A stretch of DNA of 64,000 nt from Planctomycetota bacterium (GCA_002685965.1 NYZE01000005.1:1712-65711), one strand, 5' to 3'; shown: positions 43,923 to 53,711, counted from the first letter of the stretch. Notes: a model not told the origin generated them from the sequence alone. Translations and numbers: made by a program.

Positions 43923-44366
43923 ATGAGTCCGCTCTGCCGATCGATCAGCGACACCGAACTCGCAGTCCTCAAGGCGCTCTGGGAGGTCGGCGAGGCGACT
44001 GTGCGTGACCTGCAAGAGCACTTGAGCGTCGCAGGTTTCAACTGGGCCTACACGACCGTGCAGACGCTGCTCAATCGTCTGGAGCAAAAGGAATGCGTCG
44101 CCAGCACCAAGCACGGTCGCGCGTTCCGCTTCTGCGTCACGACTACCCGTGACGACCTGCTCCACCGCGAACTCGGCGACTTGGCCGAGCGTGTCTGCGG
44201 CGGCGCGGCGCTGCCGCTTGTCATGAGCCTCGTGGAGCACACGCGTTTCTCCAAGGTGGAGATCAAGCGTCTCCGTGACCTGCTCGATGACCTCGAGCAA
44301 CCATCGAAGAAGAAAAGCAAGCGCAAGCCGCGGACTCACTCATTGGCGAGGCGAAGCGCGAGATAG
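43923..44366 (+). CDS. BlaI/MecI/CopY-family winged-helix transcriptional repressor (no adjacent BlaR1/M56 sensor)
   Basis: 147 aa. ISDTELAVLKALWEVGEATVRDLQEHL...WAYTTVQTLLNRLEQKECV...GRAFRF is family-typical. GGGAGA SD 9 nt upstream. Confidence 0.85.
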   Translation: MSPLCRSISDTELAVLKALWEVGEATVRDLQEHLSVAGFNWAYTTVQTLLNRLEQKECVASTKHGRAFRFCVTTTRDDLLHRELGDLAERVCGGAALPLVMSLVEHTRFSKVEIKRLRDLLDDLEQPSKKKSKRKPRTHSLARRSAR

Positions 44367-45718
44367 GCGATGGCGGCGGCACCGAGCGCGAGTTCGCGCG
44401 GGTGCACGGCGTCGATCGTGTCACGCTTGGAGTGGTGGTAGTCGAAGTAGCGGTTCCATGCCGGCAGTAGGCCGAACAGCGGCACGCCCTGTAGACCGAG
44501 CGGGCCGATGTCGGCGCCACCGCCGCCGGGGATCAGCACGCCCATGCCGAACGGCCGCAGGTCGTCGACGATCGCCTTGTAGCGAGCGAACGCGTCCCCT
44601 CTGGCCGAACTCGTGAAGCCCTTCGGCTCGAAGCCGCCGCGGTCCGACTCGATGGCGGCGACGTGCTTGTGGTTGGCGTGGTCCTTGGCGTAGGCAAGCG
44701 CGCCGCGCAGACCGTTCTCTTCGTTCATGAAGAAGACGACACGGATCGTTCGCTTTGGGCGTAGCCCAGCCGCGATCAGCAAGCGTGCGGCCTCGAGGCA
44801 TTCGATCGAACCCGAGCCGTCGTCGTGCGCACCCTGCCCGACGTCCCAACAGTCGAGGTGGCCGCCGATCACGACGACTTCGTCCGGCTTTTCACTGCCG
44901 ACGATCTCGCCAATGACGTTGGACGACTCGACGTCGGCGAGCATCCTGCACGATGCGCGTACGCGCACCCAAGTCGGCCCGGCCTTGGCCATCTTCGCGA
45001 GTTCCTCTGCCGCCATCGTGCTGACTGCGAGCGCCGGGATCTTTGGCACGTCGGGGGCGTAACGCATCCCGCCCGTGTGCGGCACATCGTCGATGCGTGT
45101 TGTCATCGACCGCACCAGGGCTGCGATCGCGCCATGCTTGGCTGCTCGCGATGCGCCACTGACGCGTTGCGGAACGGAAGCGCCGTAGGCAGCGAACGTA
45201 TTGCGCAGGGCGCGCGGCATCGGGCGATTGAACAGGACGATCTTGCCCCTGACGGCAGTGCCGAGCGCCTCGAGTTGGCTCGACGTGCGCACGACGACGA
45301 TCTCTCCTTCGACGCCTGCGGCGGGGGTGCCGACGCTGCCGCCGAGCGCCAGGCACGCGAGGGCGTGTGCTGGCGCTGGTTTGAGCACGCGGACTTGTTC
45401 GGGTGCACCGCGTTCCCAGCGGGGCACCATGCATCTGTGCAGTCGCACGTTGGCGAGGCCGAGTCTCTGCATCGTTGCTTGCGCCCATGTCACTGCGCGG
45501 GCGGCGCCATCCGAGCCTGACAATCGGTGCGGTGCTTGGGTGACGAGTTCGCGCAGCAGTTCGTACGCGCGTCCTTCGGATAGAGATAGGTCGACGATGT
45601 GGGCGGCGAGTCCCCGTTCGGATTCGCGCGACGGGTCGGCCTTGGCATCCCGGGTTCGTTCCGTTCCCGTGCAACTGGCAATGAGTAGGAGTATCCAGGG
45701 CGCGGGGAGGGCTCTCAT
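44336..45718 (-). CDS. M28-family aminopeptidase lipoprotein
   Basis: Track ORF to 45877. ATG at 45718 gives MRALPAPWILLLIASCTG (lipobox IASC). Metal-binding contexts VVVIGGHLDCWDVGQGAHDDGSG and FFMNEENG. Confidence 0.8.
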   Translation of the reverse strand: MRALPAPWILLLIASCTGTERTRDAKADPSRESERGLAAHIVDLSLSEGRAYELLRELVTQAPHRLSGSDGAARAVTWAQATMQRLGLANVRLHRCMVPRWERGAPEQVRVLKPAPAHALACLALGGSVGTPAAGVEGEIVVVRTSSQLEALGTAVRGKIVLFNRPMPRALRNTFAAYGASVPQRVSGASRAAKHGAIAALVRSMTTRIDDVPHTGGMRYAPDVPKIPALAVSTMAAEELAKMAKAGPTWVRVRASCRMLADVESSNVIGEIVGSEKPDEVVVIGGHLDCWDVGQGAHDDGSGSIECLEAARLLIAAGLRPKRTIRVVFFMNEENGLRGALAYAKDHANHKHVAAIESDRGGFEPKGFTSSARGDAFARYKAIVDDLRPFGMGVLIPGGGGADIGPLGLQGVPLFGLLPAWNRYFDYHHSKRDTIDAVHPRELALGAAAIAYLALRLANE

Positions 45719-45755
45719 TCTTGCATCTTCCGGCGCAGGTCTTATGCCTGCACGC

Positions 45756-46940
45756 ATGAACCGAATCGGCGCGGCACTATCAACGGATTCCAGTGTGGAT
45801 GCGGCGGTCGTCGACTGCGCGGAACGAGCCATGGAGCAGCTCGGTGGCGAGACGCCGCACGTAGGACTCCTGTTCACGACGCCGCACCACGCGTCGCAGT
45901 CGATCGCCAGCGACGTCGCCCGCCGTACCGGACTGGGTCACCTGTTTGGTTGCTCTGGGGAGAGCATTGTCGGGGCGGACAAGGAGGTGGAGGGAACACC
46001 GGGGATGGTGCTCTGGCTCGCGCACCTCCCGGACGCCGTGGTCTCGCCGTTCCGGCTCGGGGTTGTCCGTAATGACGAGGGCGGAGTCGAGGTGCAAGGC
46101 ATGCCCGGGATCGGGCAGCGCACGGCCGAGCAGTTTGTTGCCGATGGCGCCGCGATGTTCATCGTCGGTGATCCCTTCTCCTTCCCCGTGGACGCGTGGG
46201 TTCGCGACATGAACGAGCACTTCGAGGGATTGCCGGTGCTCGGTGGCATCGCCAGCGGCGGGCATGCTCCGGGGCAGAGTCGGCTCTACTACGGCGACCA
46301 CGTCGTGGATGATGGCGCGGTCGGAGTGCTGCTCGAAGGCGCGCGTATCGAGACGATCGTGTCCCGGGGATGCCGCCCGATCGGCAAGCCAATGGTGATC
46401 ACGAAAGCGCATGAGAACGTGATCGAGGAAGTCGCCGGCCGGCCACCGCTGGCGCAGTTGCAGTCGTTCTTCGACGAAGCTGACGAAGCTGAGAAGGCGT
46501 TGATCCAGCGTGCTGCCCAAGGCGGTTTGCAGGTTGGGCAGGTGGTGGATGAGCACATCAGCAGTCCGAGTGGCGGTGACTATCTCGTGCGTAACGTCAT
46601 GGGCGCCGACCAGGAGACCGGGTCGATGCTGATCAGTGACTACGCCCGCGTCGGGCGTACGGTGTGCTTTCACGTCAGGGATGCCGAGGCCGCCGATGAG
46701 GACCTCAAGGAGATGCTCGCCGAGGTGTCGGCCGAGGGTGCGGCCGGCGCACTGATGTTCTCGTGCAACGGTCGCGGCTCGCGTCTGTTCGATGCTCCTG
46801 ACCACGACGTTGGCTGCATGCGCGACCGCTTTGGTGACCTGCCGCTCGCCGGGTTTTTTGCCGCGGGCGAGATCGGCCCCGTCGGTAGCAAGAACTTCCT
46901 GCACGGCTTCACGGCTTCGATTGCGCTCTTCCTCGAGTGA
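45756..46940 (+). CDS. Stand-alone FIST-domain (FIST_N plus FIST_C) sensory protein
   Basis: Track ORF 45201-46940; upstream part is antisense to the M28 gene. ATG at 45756 gives MNRIGAALSTDSSVDAAVV... FIST_C-like ending ALMFSCNGRGSRLF...LAGFFAAGEIGPVG. Confidence 0.7.
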   Translation: MNRIGAALSTDSSVDAAVVDCAERAMEQLGGETPHVGLLFTTPHHASQSIASDVARRTGLGHLFGCSGESIVGADKEVEGTPGMVLWLAHLPDAVVSPFRLGVVRNDEGGVEVQGMPGIGQRTAEQFVADGAAMFIVGDPFSFPVDAWVRDMNEHFEGLPVLGGIASGGHAPGQSRLYYGDHVVDDGAVGVLLEGARIETIVSRGCRPIGKPMVITKAHENVIEEVAGRPPLAQLQSFFDEADEAEKALIQRAAQGGLQVGQVVDEHISSPSGGDYLVRNVMGADQETGSMLISDYARVGRTVCFHVRDAEAADEDLKEMLAEVSAEGAAGALMFSCNGRGSRLFDAPDHDVGCMRDRFGDLPLAGFFAAGEIGPVGSKNFLHGFTASIALFLE

Positions 46941-47056
46941 GGTTGCGATGAACCTCAACCACCGGCACGTGCACGCCACTGACCTCGACTAGCACCGCGT
47001 CTTTGTCGACCTGGGTGGTCGCGCCGCCTGCAGCGTCGGCAGGAGCGCTGGCGCGA

Positions 47057-47716
47057 TCATCGGACGATCATGGATTGCTCGAGCTGTTTACGGACGATCG
47101 CGGCCTCGGGCACGACGCAGTCGTCGCTCGGGTAGCCGACGGGGATCAGCAGGAAGGGGCGTTCATTGTCCGGGCGGTCGAGGATGCTGCACAGGAAGCG
47201 CATCGGACTCGGCGTGTGCGTCACCGTGGCGAGGCCGGCGGTGTGCGCGGCCGCGAGCAGCAGGCCACACGCCAGCCCGACCGATTCGTCGGTGTAGTAG
47301 ACCTGCGAGCCATCGTCGCCGTGCGCCAGCTTGAACACGACGATTAGCCACGGCGCGATCTCGAGGAAGTCCTTGTGCTCGTCGGTGCCGAGCGGTGCGA
47401 GGTCTTCGAGCCACTTGCTATTGGCGCGCCGGTAGTAGAACGAGCGCTCTTCCTCCTCGGCGCCGAGCCGGATCTCGCGCTTGAGCGCGGGGTCCTGGAC
47501 GCACACGAAACGCCATGGCTGCTTGTTGGCGCCGGATGGCGCGGAGCAGGCCGTGCGCACGAGCCACTCGATCGTCTCCAACGACACCGCCGTGTCCGCG
47601 AACATGCGCACCGTGCGTCGAGAACTCATGGTCTTGTAGAAACCTTGCGCCGCTTGTTCCGGTGTGGTGCCCGGATCGAAGCGCGGTGGCAGTGGTACGA
47701 AACTTGGCTTGCCCAT
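47057..47716 (-). CDS. Nitroreductase-superfamily flavoprotein of the iodotyrosine deiodinase (IYD) subclass
   Basis: 219 aa. Aligns by eye along its whole length with human IYD: RRTVRMF, SAPSGANKQPWRFVCV, EEEERSFYYRR..WLEDL, HKDFLEIAPWLIVVFK, VYYTDESVG, LLIPVGYPS..VVP...VRK. Confidence 0.75.
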   Translation of the reverse strand: MGKPSFVPLPPRFDPGTTPEQAAQGFYKTMSSRRTVRMFADTAVSLETIEWLVRTACSAPSGANKQPWRFVCVQDPALKREIRLGAEEEERSFYYRRANSKWLEDLAPLGTDEHKDFLEIAPWLIVVFKLAHGDDGSQVYYTDESVGLACGLLLAAAHTAGLATVTHTPSPMRFLCSILDRPDNERPFLLIPVGYPSDDCVVPEAAIVRKQLEQSMIVR

Positions 47717-48513
47717 CAGACTCGGATCACACCTTCGAGATAGGGGACGACGTTGCCGGTCAGCATCACGCGGTCATCCATGTGCTCGCAGTAGACGTCA
47801 CCGCCGCGCTGCGACAGCTGGCGTGCGTGCAGGGTTGTCTTCTCGAGTTTTCTGGACCAGTAAGGAACCAACGTGCAATGAGCGGCGCCGGTCACCGGAT
47901 CCTCGGGCACGCCGACCGCGGGTGCGAAGTACCGCGACACGAAGTCGACCTCGTCGCCGGGCGCCGTGACCGAGACACCTTCTTTGGGCAGCTGTTCGAG
48001 CAGCCCGAGGTTTGGCTCGAACTCACGCACCGCGGCTTCGTTCTCGAGCTCGACGACAAAGCGGCGGTGGTCGCTGACGACGGTGACGAGCGAGGTGTTC
48101 TCGCCGAGGCAGGCGAGCAGGTCTTCCGGGTGCTCGCAGGGGTCCGGGCGACTCGCCGGCAGATTGATCGCGTAAAGGTCGTCCGACCGTTCGACCGCGA
48201 TCTGGCCGCTTTGTGTCGCGAAGAGGATCTGATCGCGCTCTGGCTCGCGATGAAACACGACCCAGCCGGCAGCAAGCGTCGCGTGACCGCACAGCGGGAC
48301 CTCCACGCGAGGGGTGAACCAGCGGAGCGCATACTCGTGGGCTTCTGGCACGTAGAAGGCCGTCTCCGAGAGGTTGTTCTCGGCCGCGATCTGTTGCAGC
48401 ACCTCGTCCGGCAGCCACTGGTAGAGCGGGCACACGGCAGCGGGGTTGCCGGCGAATGGCTGGTCCGTGAACGCATTCACCTGGTAGATCGGGATCTCTA
48501 CGGGCATGCCCAC
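47716..48513 (-). CDS. PhzF-family isomerase/epimerase-like protein
   Basis: 265 aa. IYQVNAFTDQPFAGNPAAV and catalytic Glu context NLSETAFYV. Its stop overlaps the start of the IYD-like gene by 1 nt (TGATG). Confidence 0.8.
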   Translation of the reverse strand: MGMPVEIPIYQVNAFTDQPFAGNPAAVCPLYQWLPDEVLQQIAAENNLSETAFYVPEAHEYALRWFTPRVEVPLCGHATLAAGWVVFHREPERDQILFATQSGQIAVERSDDLYAINLPASRPDPCEHPEDLLACLGENTSLVTVVSDHRRFVVELENEAAVREFEPNLGLLEQLPKEGVSVTAPGDEVDFVSRYFAPAVGVPEDPVTGAAHCTLVPYWSRKLEKTTLHARQLSQRGGDVYCEHMDDRVMLTGNVVPYLEGVIRV

Positions 48514-48706
48514 ATGGTAGAGCGACCTGGCGCCTGCGCTCGCCTCCCGAACGCTGGCGCTTCTCTCTGCAACCGTCGATGCCCAGTCGCCGATGTGGCG
48601 GGGTCCTCTCGGGCCCTGGGTCCTCCTGCCTGGACCCGCCTGGTGAGCGGGTCTTGTCGAAGTGGCCCGCCACCTTGTCCTGGCCGTTGTTGCTGCGCGC
48701 GCTGTC

Positions 48707-48734
48707 TTGCCTCAGAAAGGGCCAGACCTATACT
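48707..48734 (+). promoter_or_regulatory. Candidate sigma70-type promoter for tRNA-Asp (TTGCCT-16 nt-TATACT)
   Basis: cTTGCCTcagaaagggccagaccTATACTccgg. The -10 ends 16 nt before the mature tRNA 5' end. Pattern match only. Confidence 0.4.
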
Positions 48735-48750
48735 CCGGCGCCCTCCGCGT

Positions 48751-48827
48751 GGGGACGTAGCTCAACTGGTTAGAGTACTGGACTGTCGATCCAGTGGTTG
48801 CGGGTTCGAGTCCCGTCGTCCTCGCCA
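48751..48827 (+). tRNA. tRNA-Asp (anticodon GTC)
   Basis: GGGGACGTAGCTCAACTGGTTAGAGTACTGGACTGTCGATCCAGTGGTTGCGGGTTCGAGTCCCGTCGTCCTCGCCA. Acceptor GGGGACG/CGTCCTC (one G:U), anticodon loop CT-GTC-GA, encoded CCA. Confidence 0.9.
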
Positions 48828-49092
48828 AGAAGGCCGTAGCTCGTAGCGAGTTGCGGCCTTGTCCATGTACCGGCCACTTGGCCGGGCGCCCAGAATCCCG
48901 CGATTCGCGCGCTATCCGATCAAGCCAGGCCAGAACCTCGCCAGCCTGTCGAAGCGGGTGCGGGATGGTCGACGGGTCGATACCTGCAAGGACACGTGGC
49001 ACTGCTTGCGGCCGGTGCCCGAGGCGGTCACCGCGTATCTGGCGGCGGTCGACCGGGGCGAGGGTCGCCAGCGTGCCGCCTTGGTTGCATTG

Positions 49093-50898
49093 CTACTTCG
49101 GCAACAGGGTGATCCTGAACGGACCTGTCTTGCTGGTGACCCTGTCGATTCGCGTTAGCTTCTCCGCCGCGTTCGGGCCGGCCGCGTCCGGCTGTGCGAC
49201 CAGGTCGAGGTTGCCAGAGGCTTCGTAGCACCAGACGGAGAACTTCCCGTCCGCGCCGGTCTTCGTCGATGTCGGGTACTTGTCAGCCGGGAAGTCGGTC
49301 TTCTTGAACTCCTCGACAATGAAGTCCGACCAGTCGGACGAGCCGCTGGAATCGGTTGCGCCAGCAGGGAGGATCGAGACCTTGACGCCGCTCGCCGGCT
49401 TGCCGTTGGCAGACTGGACCGTGCCCGAGATCAACCGCATCTTGCGCAGCGTCAGCGCCTCGAGCTGTGTCATGCGCTGCCGTGGGTCGTTCTTGTAGTC
49501 GAACGCCTTGCGCACGTAGCCGTAGGTCTTCGAGTAGCCCGCGATCATGTAAGCCCCCTCGTCGAGGCAGTCACTGATCCAGGTCCCCTTCTTCGTCTCG
49601 ACGAACGGGCGCCAACGCATCATGTCGGCGGCGCGACGCGGGCCCCAAATGCGCACGGAGAGATCGGCGGGTCGGCCGTCGGCGAACTGCAGCGACAACT
49701 CGATTCGATTGCTACCGATGCGGAAGTTGCCGAGGTCTTTCTTGCCGTCGAGCGGTCGCACGTGCGCGATGACCTGCTGCTCTGCGTTGGGGCGAACCAC
49801 TCGAATCACGTAGAGCGTGGATGGGTCCAACGTCGTGAACGTATACCTACCGTCCGCCCCGGTACGGGTTGCCTGCGACGTGTGCTGCGGATGGACGCCG
49901 GTCATGTGCACCAACCCAGTGGCCAGCACCGCCGCGCGTTTCATGGGCGTGCCGCGGGGATCGGTGACCACGCCCGTAATGGAACGCCCTGCCGGGACGA
50001 CGACGGTCACCTGCGGTGCCGGGCTATCCGGTGAGTGGCCTGGCGGAGTGACGAGGACACGGTAAGCGTGTCCGGTCGGCTGAATGAGGATGCGCTGTCC
50101 TGGGCCTACTTCGCCGCCAGGAAGCCGAAAGCGACCGGTCATGTCCGAGACGGTGGAATAGAAGTGCCGGTGGTCGATGAGCTCGATTCGTGCGTTGGTC
50201 ACGGGGGGGCCCGCCGGTCCGTCCTCTGGTCCCATGACGCGGACCTGGCAGTCGAGTGTGATGGCCGGCAACAGGTTGATTTGCTTCGGGCCCTTGCCGT
50301 CGCCGAACACCGCTGGCTCCTTCATGCGCCAGTCGCCAGCTTGGATCTCGAGTTGCCATAGGCCGGGCGGCAACTTGTCAAAGCGCAACTCGCCGTTCAC
50401 GCCCGTAGTTGCTTCGAATCGGACTGACACCCCATGCTTCTCCGGGGTGATGCGCTCGAGGCGCGTCTTGTGTCCAGCGATCCCCTTGCCGTTGGCGACG
50501 AGGCGCGTCGCTACTCTGGTAGTGGCCTCGAGCACGATCGAGACTCCTCCGACGGGCGCCATGAGATCGTCAACAAACTTGCTGGCCTGGTCGCCCTTGG
50601 TCGCATACACGCTCGCGTAGCGCCACGGCGGGGCGACAGCTGAGAATCGCCCGTCCGCGCCTGTCTTGACCGTGTGGTGTTCGGTCTCGTGGGACATGTC
50701 GGTCGTGCCATTCCACAACGGCGCACGCTGGCGCAGGATGTGAAGGGTGGCCCCGGCGACTGGGCCGGAGGCGTCCGTGACGATCCCGCTCAGTGTCACG
50801 GGTGGGGTCACCGAGGTGCCGAGGTCAGGAAGCGGACCGGGCCCCTGGGCCGACAGGGACGTGAGCAGTGGGAGGACGGCAAGAAGAGGGCGCGTCAT
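49093..50898 (-). CDS. Secreted protein built from repeated carboxypeptidase-regulatory-like (CarboxypepD_reg) beta-sandwich domains
   Basis: Track ORF to 51156. ATG at 50898 gives signal MTRPLLAVLPLLTSLSAQG. Recurrent G(I/V/T)V.D..G.P..GA.V units (GIVTDASGPVAGATLHIL, GVVTDPRGTPMKRAAVLA, GTVQSANGKPASGVKVSIL). Confidence 0.6.
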   Translation of the reverse strand: MTRPLLAVLPLLTSLSAQGPGPLPDLGTSVTPPVTLSGIVTDASGPVAGATLHILRQRAPLWNGTTDMSHETEHHTVKTGADGRFSAVAPPWRYASVYATKGDQASKFVDDLMAPVGGVSIVLEATTRVATRLVANGKGIAGHKTRLERITPEKHGVSVRFEATTGVNGELRFDKLPPGLWQLEIQAGDWRMKEPAVFGDGKGPKQINLLPAITLDCQVRVMGPEDGPAGPPVTNARIELIDHRHFYSTVSDMTGRFRLPGGEVGPGQRILIQPTGHAYRVLVTPPGHSPDSPAPQVTVVVPAGRSITGVVTDPRGTPMKRAAVLATGLVHMTGVHPQHTSQATRTGADGRYTFTTLDPSTLYVIRVVRPNAEQQVIAHVRPLDGKKDLGNFRIGSNRIELSLQFADGRPADLSVRIWGPRRAADMMRWRPFVETKKGTWISDCLDEGAYMIAGYSKTYGYVRKAFDYKNDPRQRMTQLEALTLRKMRLISGTVQSANGKPASGVKVSILPAGATDSSGSSDWSDFIVEEFKKTDFPADKYPTSTKTGADGKFSVWCYEASGNLDLVAQPDAAGPNAAEKLTRIDRVTSKTGPFRITLLPK

Positions 50899-51046
50899 TT
50901 CTCGGATTGGAGGGATTTTGCGGTGGGTGAGGTCATGCCTGCCGTGGCCGAGAGGGCGGCGGGGCCGACACGGTAGGAAACTTATCGACCAAACGGCCAG
51001 CAGGCGGCGGGATTCCCGAAAAGTCCCCCCTACTCTGGTTTGCCGC

Positions 51047-52204
51047 ATGGCGCGCAAGACCCCCAAGCCCCAGTTCGTCGACTCACCCCAAGGGCTGAGT
51101 GACTTCCTTGGGCACATCGACGGGGAGCCCGGTCTGGCGGTCGACACCGAGGCCAACCCGATGTTCGCCTATCGCGAGCGCCTGTGTCTGATCCAGGTTG
51201 CGGCCGGCAGGCGCATCTGGCTGATCGATCCGCTCGCGGAGTTGGACCTGACTCCTTTTCTCGATGTCCTCGCCGACCCGGACGTGACCAAGGTCTTCCA
51301 CGACGCCGAGTTCGACATCGTCCAGGTGGGGCGATGCTTCGGGACGCGTGTTCTCGGGTTGTTCGATACCAAGGTGGCTGCCGTTGCGTGCGGTGAGAAG
51401 TCCGTCGGGCTCGCTGGCCTATGCGAACGCCATTTCGGCATCGAGCTCGACAAGAGCCAGCAGCGCAGCGATTGGGGCCGCCGGCCGTTGGATGCGCGCC
51501 AGCTCGAGTATGCCGGTCTCGACGTGCACTACCTGCTGCCGCTTGCCGAGGTGTGCAAGAAGAACCTGGCGCGACTCGATCCGATCGTATCGCTGGAAGT
51601 GGGAGCGGAACTGCAGAGGCTCGAGAAGCTGGACACGGCAGAGCCCGAGCGAGACCCGTTCCCGTGGCGTCGCATCAAGGGTTCGTCGCGCCTCGACCCA
51701 AAGGGGATGCGTGTGATCAGTAAACTCTGGTCCTGGCGCGAGGGTGAAGCGGAGCGCCGCGATCTGCCGCCGTTCAAGGTGCTCGCCAGCCCCGTGATCC
51801 TGACGCTTGCGCAACGACGACCGAAGTCGATGTCGGCGATTGCCGAACTCGTGCCCCGCGCGATTGCAAACCGCCACGCGAAAGCCCTGCTCGGAGTGTT
51901 GCAAGAAGCTGCTGAGATGTCCGGCCTGACGCTGCCACGCGGCACCACCCTGCCGAGGGAGGAACGCAAGCGCGCCGAAGAGGACCACCGTCTGCTCGAC
52001 CGCCTCAAGCGCTGGCGCAAGCGCGTTGCCGAGAGTCGTCCGACCGATCCTTCACTGATTCTCAACCGCGACATCATGGAAGAGCTCTCCCAGGTGTGCC
52101 CGCGTCCGACCAACCGGGCTGAGCTGGCGGCTACTGGTCTTCTCGAGAGCTGGCGCCTCGACGCCCACTGCGAAGAGTTGCTGTCGGCCATGAGGAAGCG
52201 CTGA
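51047..52204 (+). CDS. rnd: Ribonuclease D (DEDD 3'-5' exonuclease plus HRDC domain)
   Basis: Track ORF 50747-52204; ATG at 51047 gives MARKTPKPQFVDSPQGLSDFL. ExoI LAVDTEANPMFAYRERLCLIQV, KVFHDAEFD, YAGLDVHYLL. Confidence 0.85.
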   Translation: MARKTPKPQFVDSPQGLSDFLGHIDGEPGLAVDTEANPMFAYRERLCLIQVAAGRRIWLIDPLAELDLTPFLDVLADPDVTKVFHDAEFDIVQVGRCFGTRVLGLFDTKVAAVACGEKSVGLAGLCERHFGIELDKSQQRSDWGRRPLDARQLEYAGLDVHYLLPLAEVCKKNLARLDPIVSLEVGAELQRLEKLDTAEPERDPFPWRRIKGSSRLDPKGMRVISKLWSWREGEAERRDLPPFKVLASPVILTLAQRRPKSMSAIAELVPRAIANRHAKALLGVLQEAAEMSGLTLPRGTTLPREERKRAEEDHRLLDRLKRWRKRVAESRPTDPSLILNRDIMEELSQVCPRPTNRAELAATGLLESWRLDAHCEELLSAMRKR

Positions 52205-52222
52205 GAGCAAGCCGGGCGCTGG

Positions 52223-53362
52223 CTAGGGCGCGAGGTTTGCTCTGCCTGCCGCAGCATCGTTGTAGAGCTGTCGATACCGCTCAACGGTATTGGCCAGCGG
52301 ATAGGTCCGGGCCACGTGATCGTGGTTGGCATGCCCCAGGCGGTCGCGCAGGACAGGGTCGCGTAGTAGCTCGTGCATGCGGTCGCGGTAGAGGTCCTCG
52401 TGGTCCACGGGCACGACGCAGCTGCTGCTCTCGGGTGGGAGCATGGCGGCGACGTCGCCGACTGCAGTGCTGAGCACCGGGAGGCGCATCGCCATGGCCT
52501 CGAGGATCGACATGGGCATTTGCTCTGTCTTCGAGGAGAGGGCGAACACGTCGAGCGTACTGTAGGCCACTTGGACGTCCTCGGTGTGGCCGGGAAAGTG
52601 GACGCGGTCGCGGATGCCGAGTTGGTCTGCTGCCGTGACGAGTTCTTTCTTGTCGGGGCCGTCGCCGAAGAAGACCAGGTGCGGGCAGTCGGGCGCGCTG
52701 GCGAATGCACGCAGGAGAGTCATGTAGCTCTTCTCGCCACGGAGTCCGCCGACGCTGCCGATGATCATGGCGTCCTGTGGTAGGTCAAAGCGTTCGCGCG
52801 CCGTGGTCTTGGCGATGGGCTGGAAGCGGTCGACGTCGATGCCGTTGGGCACGAAGTGCACCAGCTTGCGGGGGACGCGCCAGCTCTCGAGCGCAGTGCG
52901 TTCGAGGCGTTGCGACGGTACGACGAGCGCATGAACCGACTTGAGTAGCACGCGGCGAGCGAGCACACGGCGGCGCTTCTGTGCGACCATCTCGTCGGGG
53001 CGGAAGCCTTCCTCGTGGTGAATGACGCCGCGGATCTTGGCGAGCCACGCACCGAGCACTGCCTCGATCGCGCCCCAGTTATAAGTCAGCACGATGTCAG
53101 GTTTCTTCGACTCGATGAAGCTGCCCAGTCGTCGCGCGATGAGTAGGCCCTTCTTGAGGTCGACCGGTCCGCATTCGCGGACGAGCTCGCACGGTAATCG
53201 GCTCGCATACCCCGTGCGCCCGTCCATCGCGAACACGCTGTGCTCGAAGCCGTCCCCTAGCTCGGCGATCAGCTGCGCGGTGCGGACCTGCGGTCCACCC
53301 GCGTCGAAGGTCGCGAACACATGGCAGCAGTGAAGCGTCTTGGTCATGACGGCGTCCATCAC
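52223..53362 (-). CDS. GT4-family (GT-B fold) glycosyltransferase
   Basis: 379 aa. C-terminal E..... E region FALSSKTEQMPMSILEAMAMRLPVLSTAVGD. N-terminal half resembles the PEP-CTERM/EpsH1-associated sugar transferase pattern from memory (unverified). Confidence 0.75.
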   Translation of the reverse strand: MMDAVMTKTLHCCHVFATFDAGGPQVRTAQLIAELGDGFEHSVFAMDGRTGYASRLPCELVRECGPVDLKKGLLIARRLGSFIESKKPDIVLTYNWGAIEAVLGAWLAKIRGVIHHEEGFRPDEMVAQKRRRVLARRVLLKSVHALVVPSQRLERTALESWRVPRKLVHFVPNGIDVDRFQPIAKTTARERFDLPQDAMIIGSVGGLRGEKSYMTLLRAFASAPDCPHLVFFGDGPDKKELVTAADQLGIRDRVHFPGHTEDVQVAYSTLDVFALSSKTEQMPMSILEAMAMRLPVLSTAVGDVAAMLPPESSSCVVPVDHEDLYRDRMHELLRDPVLRDRLGHANHDHVARTYPLANTVERYRQLYNDAAAGRANLAP

Positions 53363-53429
53363 CCGTCACCTATCGGTCGTGCGGGGCGTGGGGTTACAGT
53401 GACAGTCGCAACCGCCCACTCTCAACGCC

Positions 53430-53711
53430 ATGCCGAAACAGCGAAAACCCGCCCTGACCGTCGTCTGCCCGCACTGCGGCACGACCTTCGATCCAGAGCG
53501 GCTGGCCTGTCCAGAGTGTGGCAGCGACGAGCGGACCGGCTGGAAGTCGGCCGAAGAGATCGACTATCAATCGCTCGACCTGCCCGAAGGCGACGAACTA
53601 GGCACCGGGCGGCGCATGCCGCGTTGGATGTTCGTGCTGATCGTGATCCTGCTCTTGTGGGCCATGTTGGAGTCGGTTGGCGCAGGGCCGTTAGCGTGGC
53701 TGGTCAGCTGA
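53430..53711 (+). CDS. Small zinc-ribbon protein with C-terminal TM helix (hypothetical)
   Basis: 93 aa. CPHCGTTF...CPECGS (CxxC-N12-CxxC), then WMFVLIVILLLWAML. Confidence 0.5.
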   Translation: MPKQRKPALTVVCPHCGTTFDPERLACPECGSDERTGWKSAEEIDYQSLDLPEGDELGTGRRMPRWMFVLIVILLLWAMLESVGAGPLAWLVS

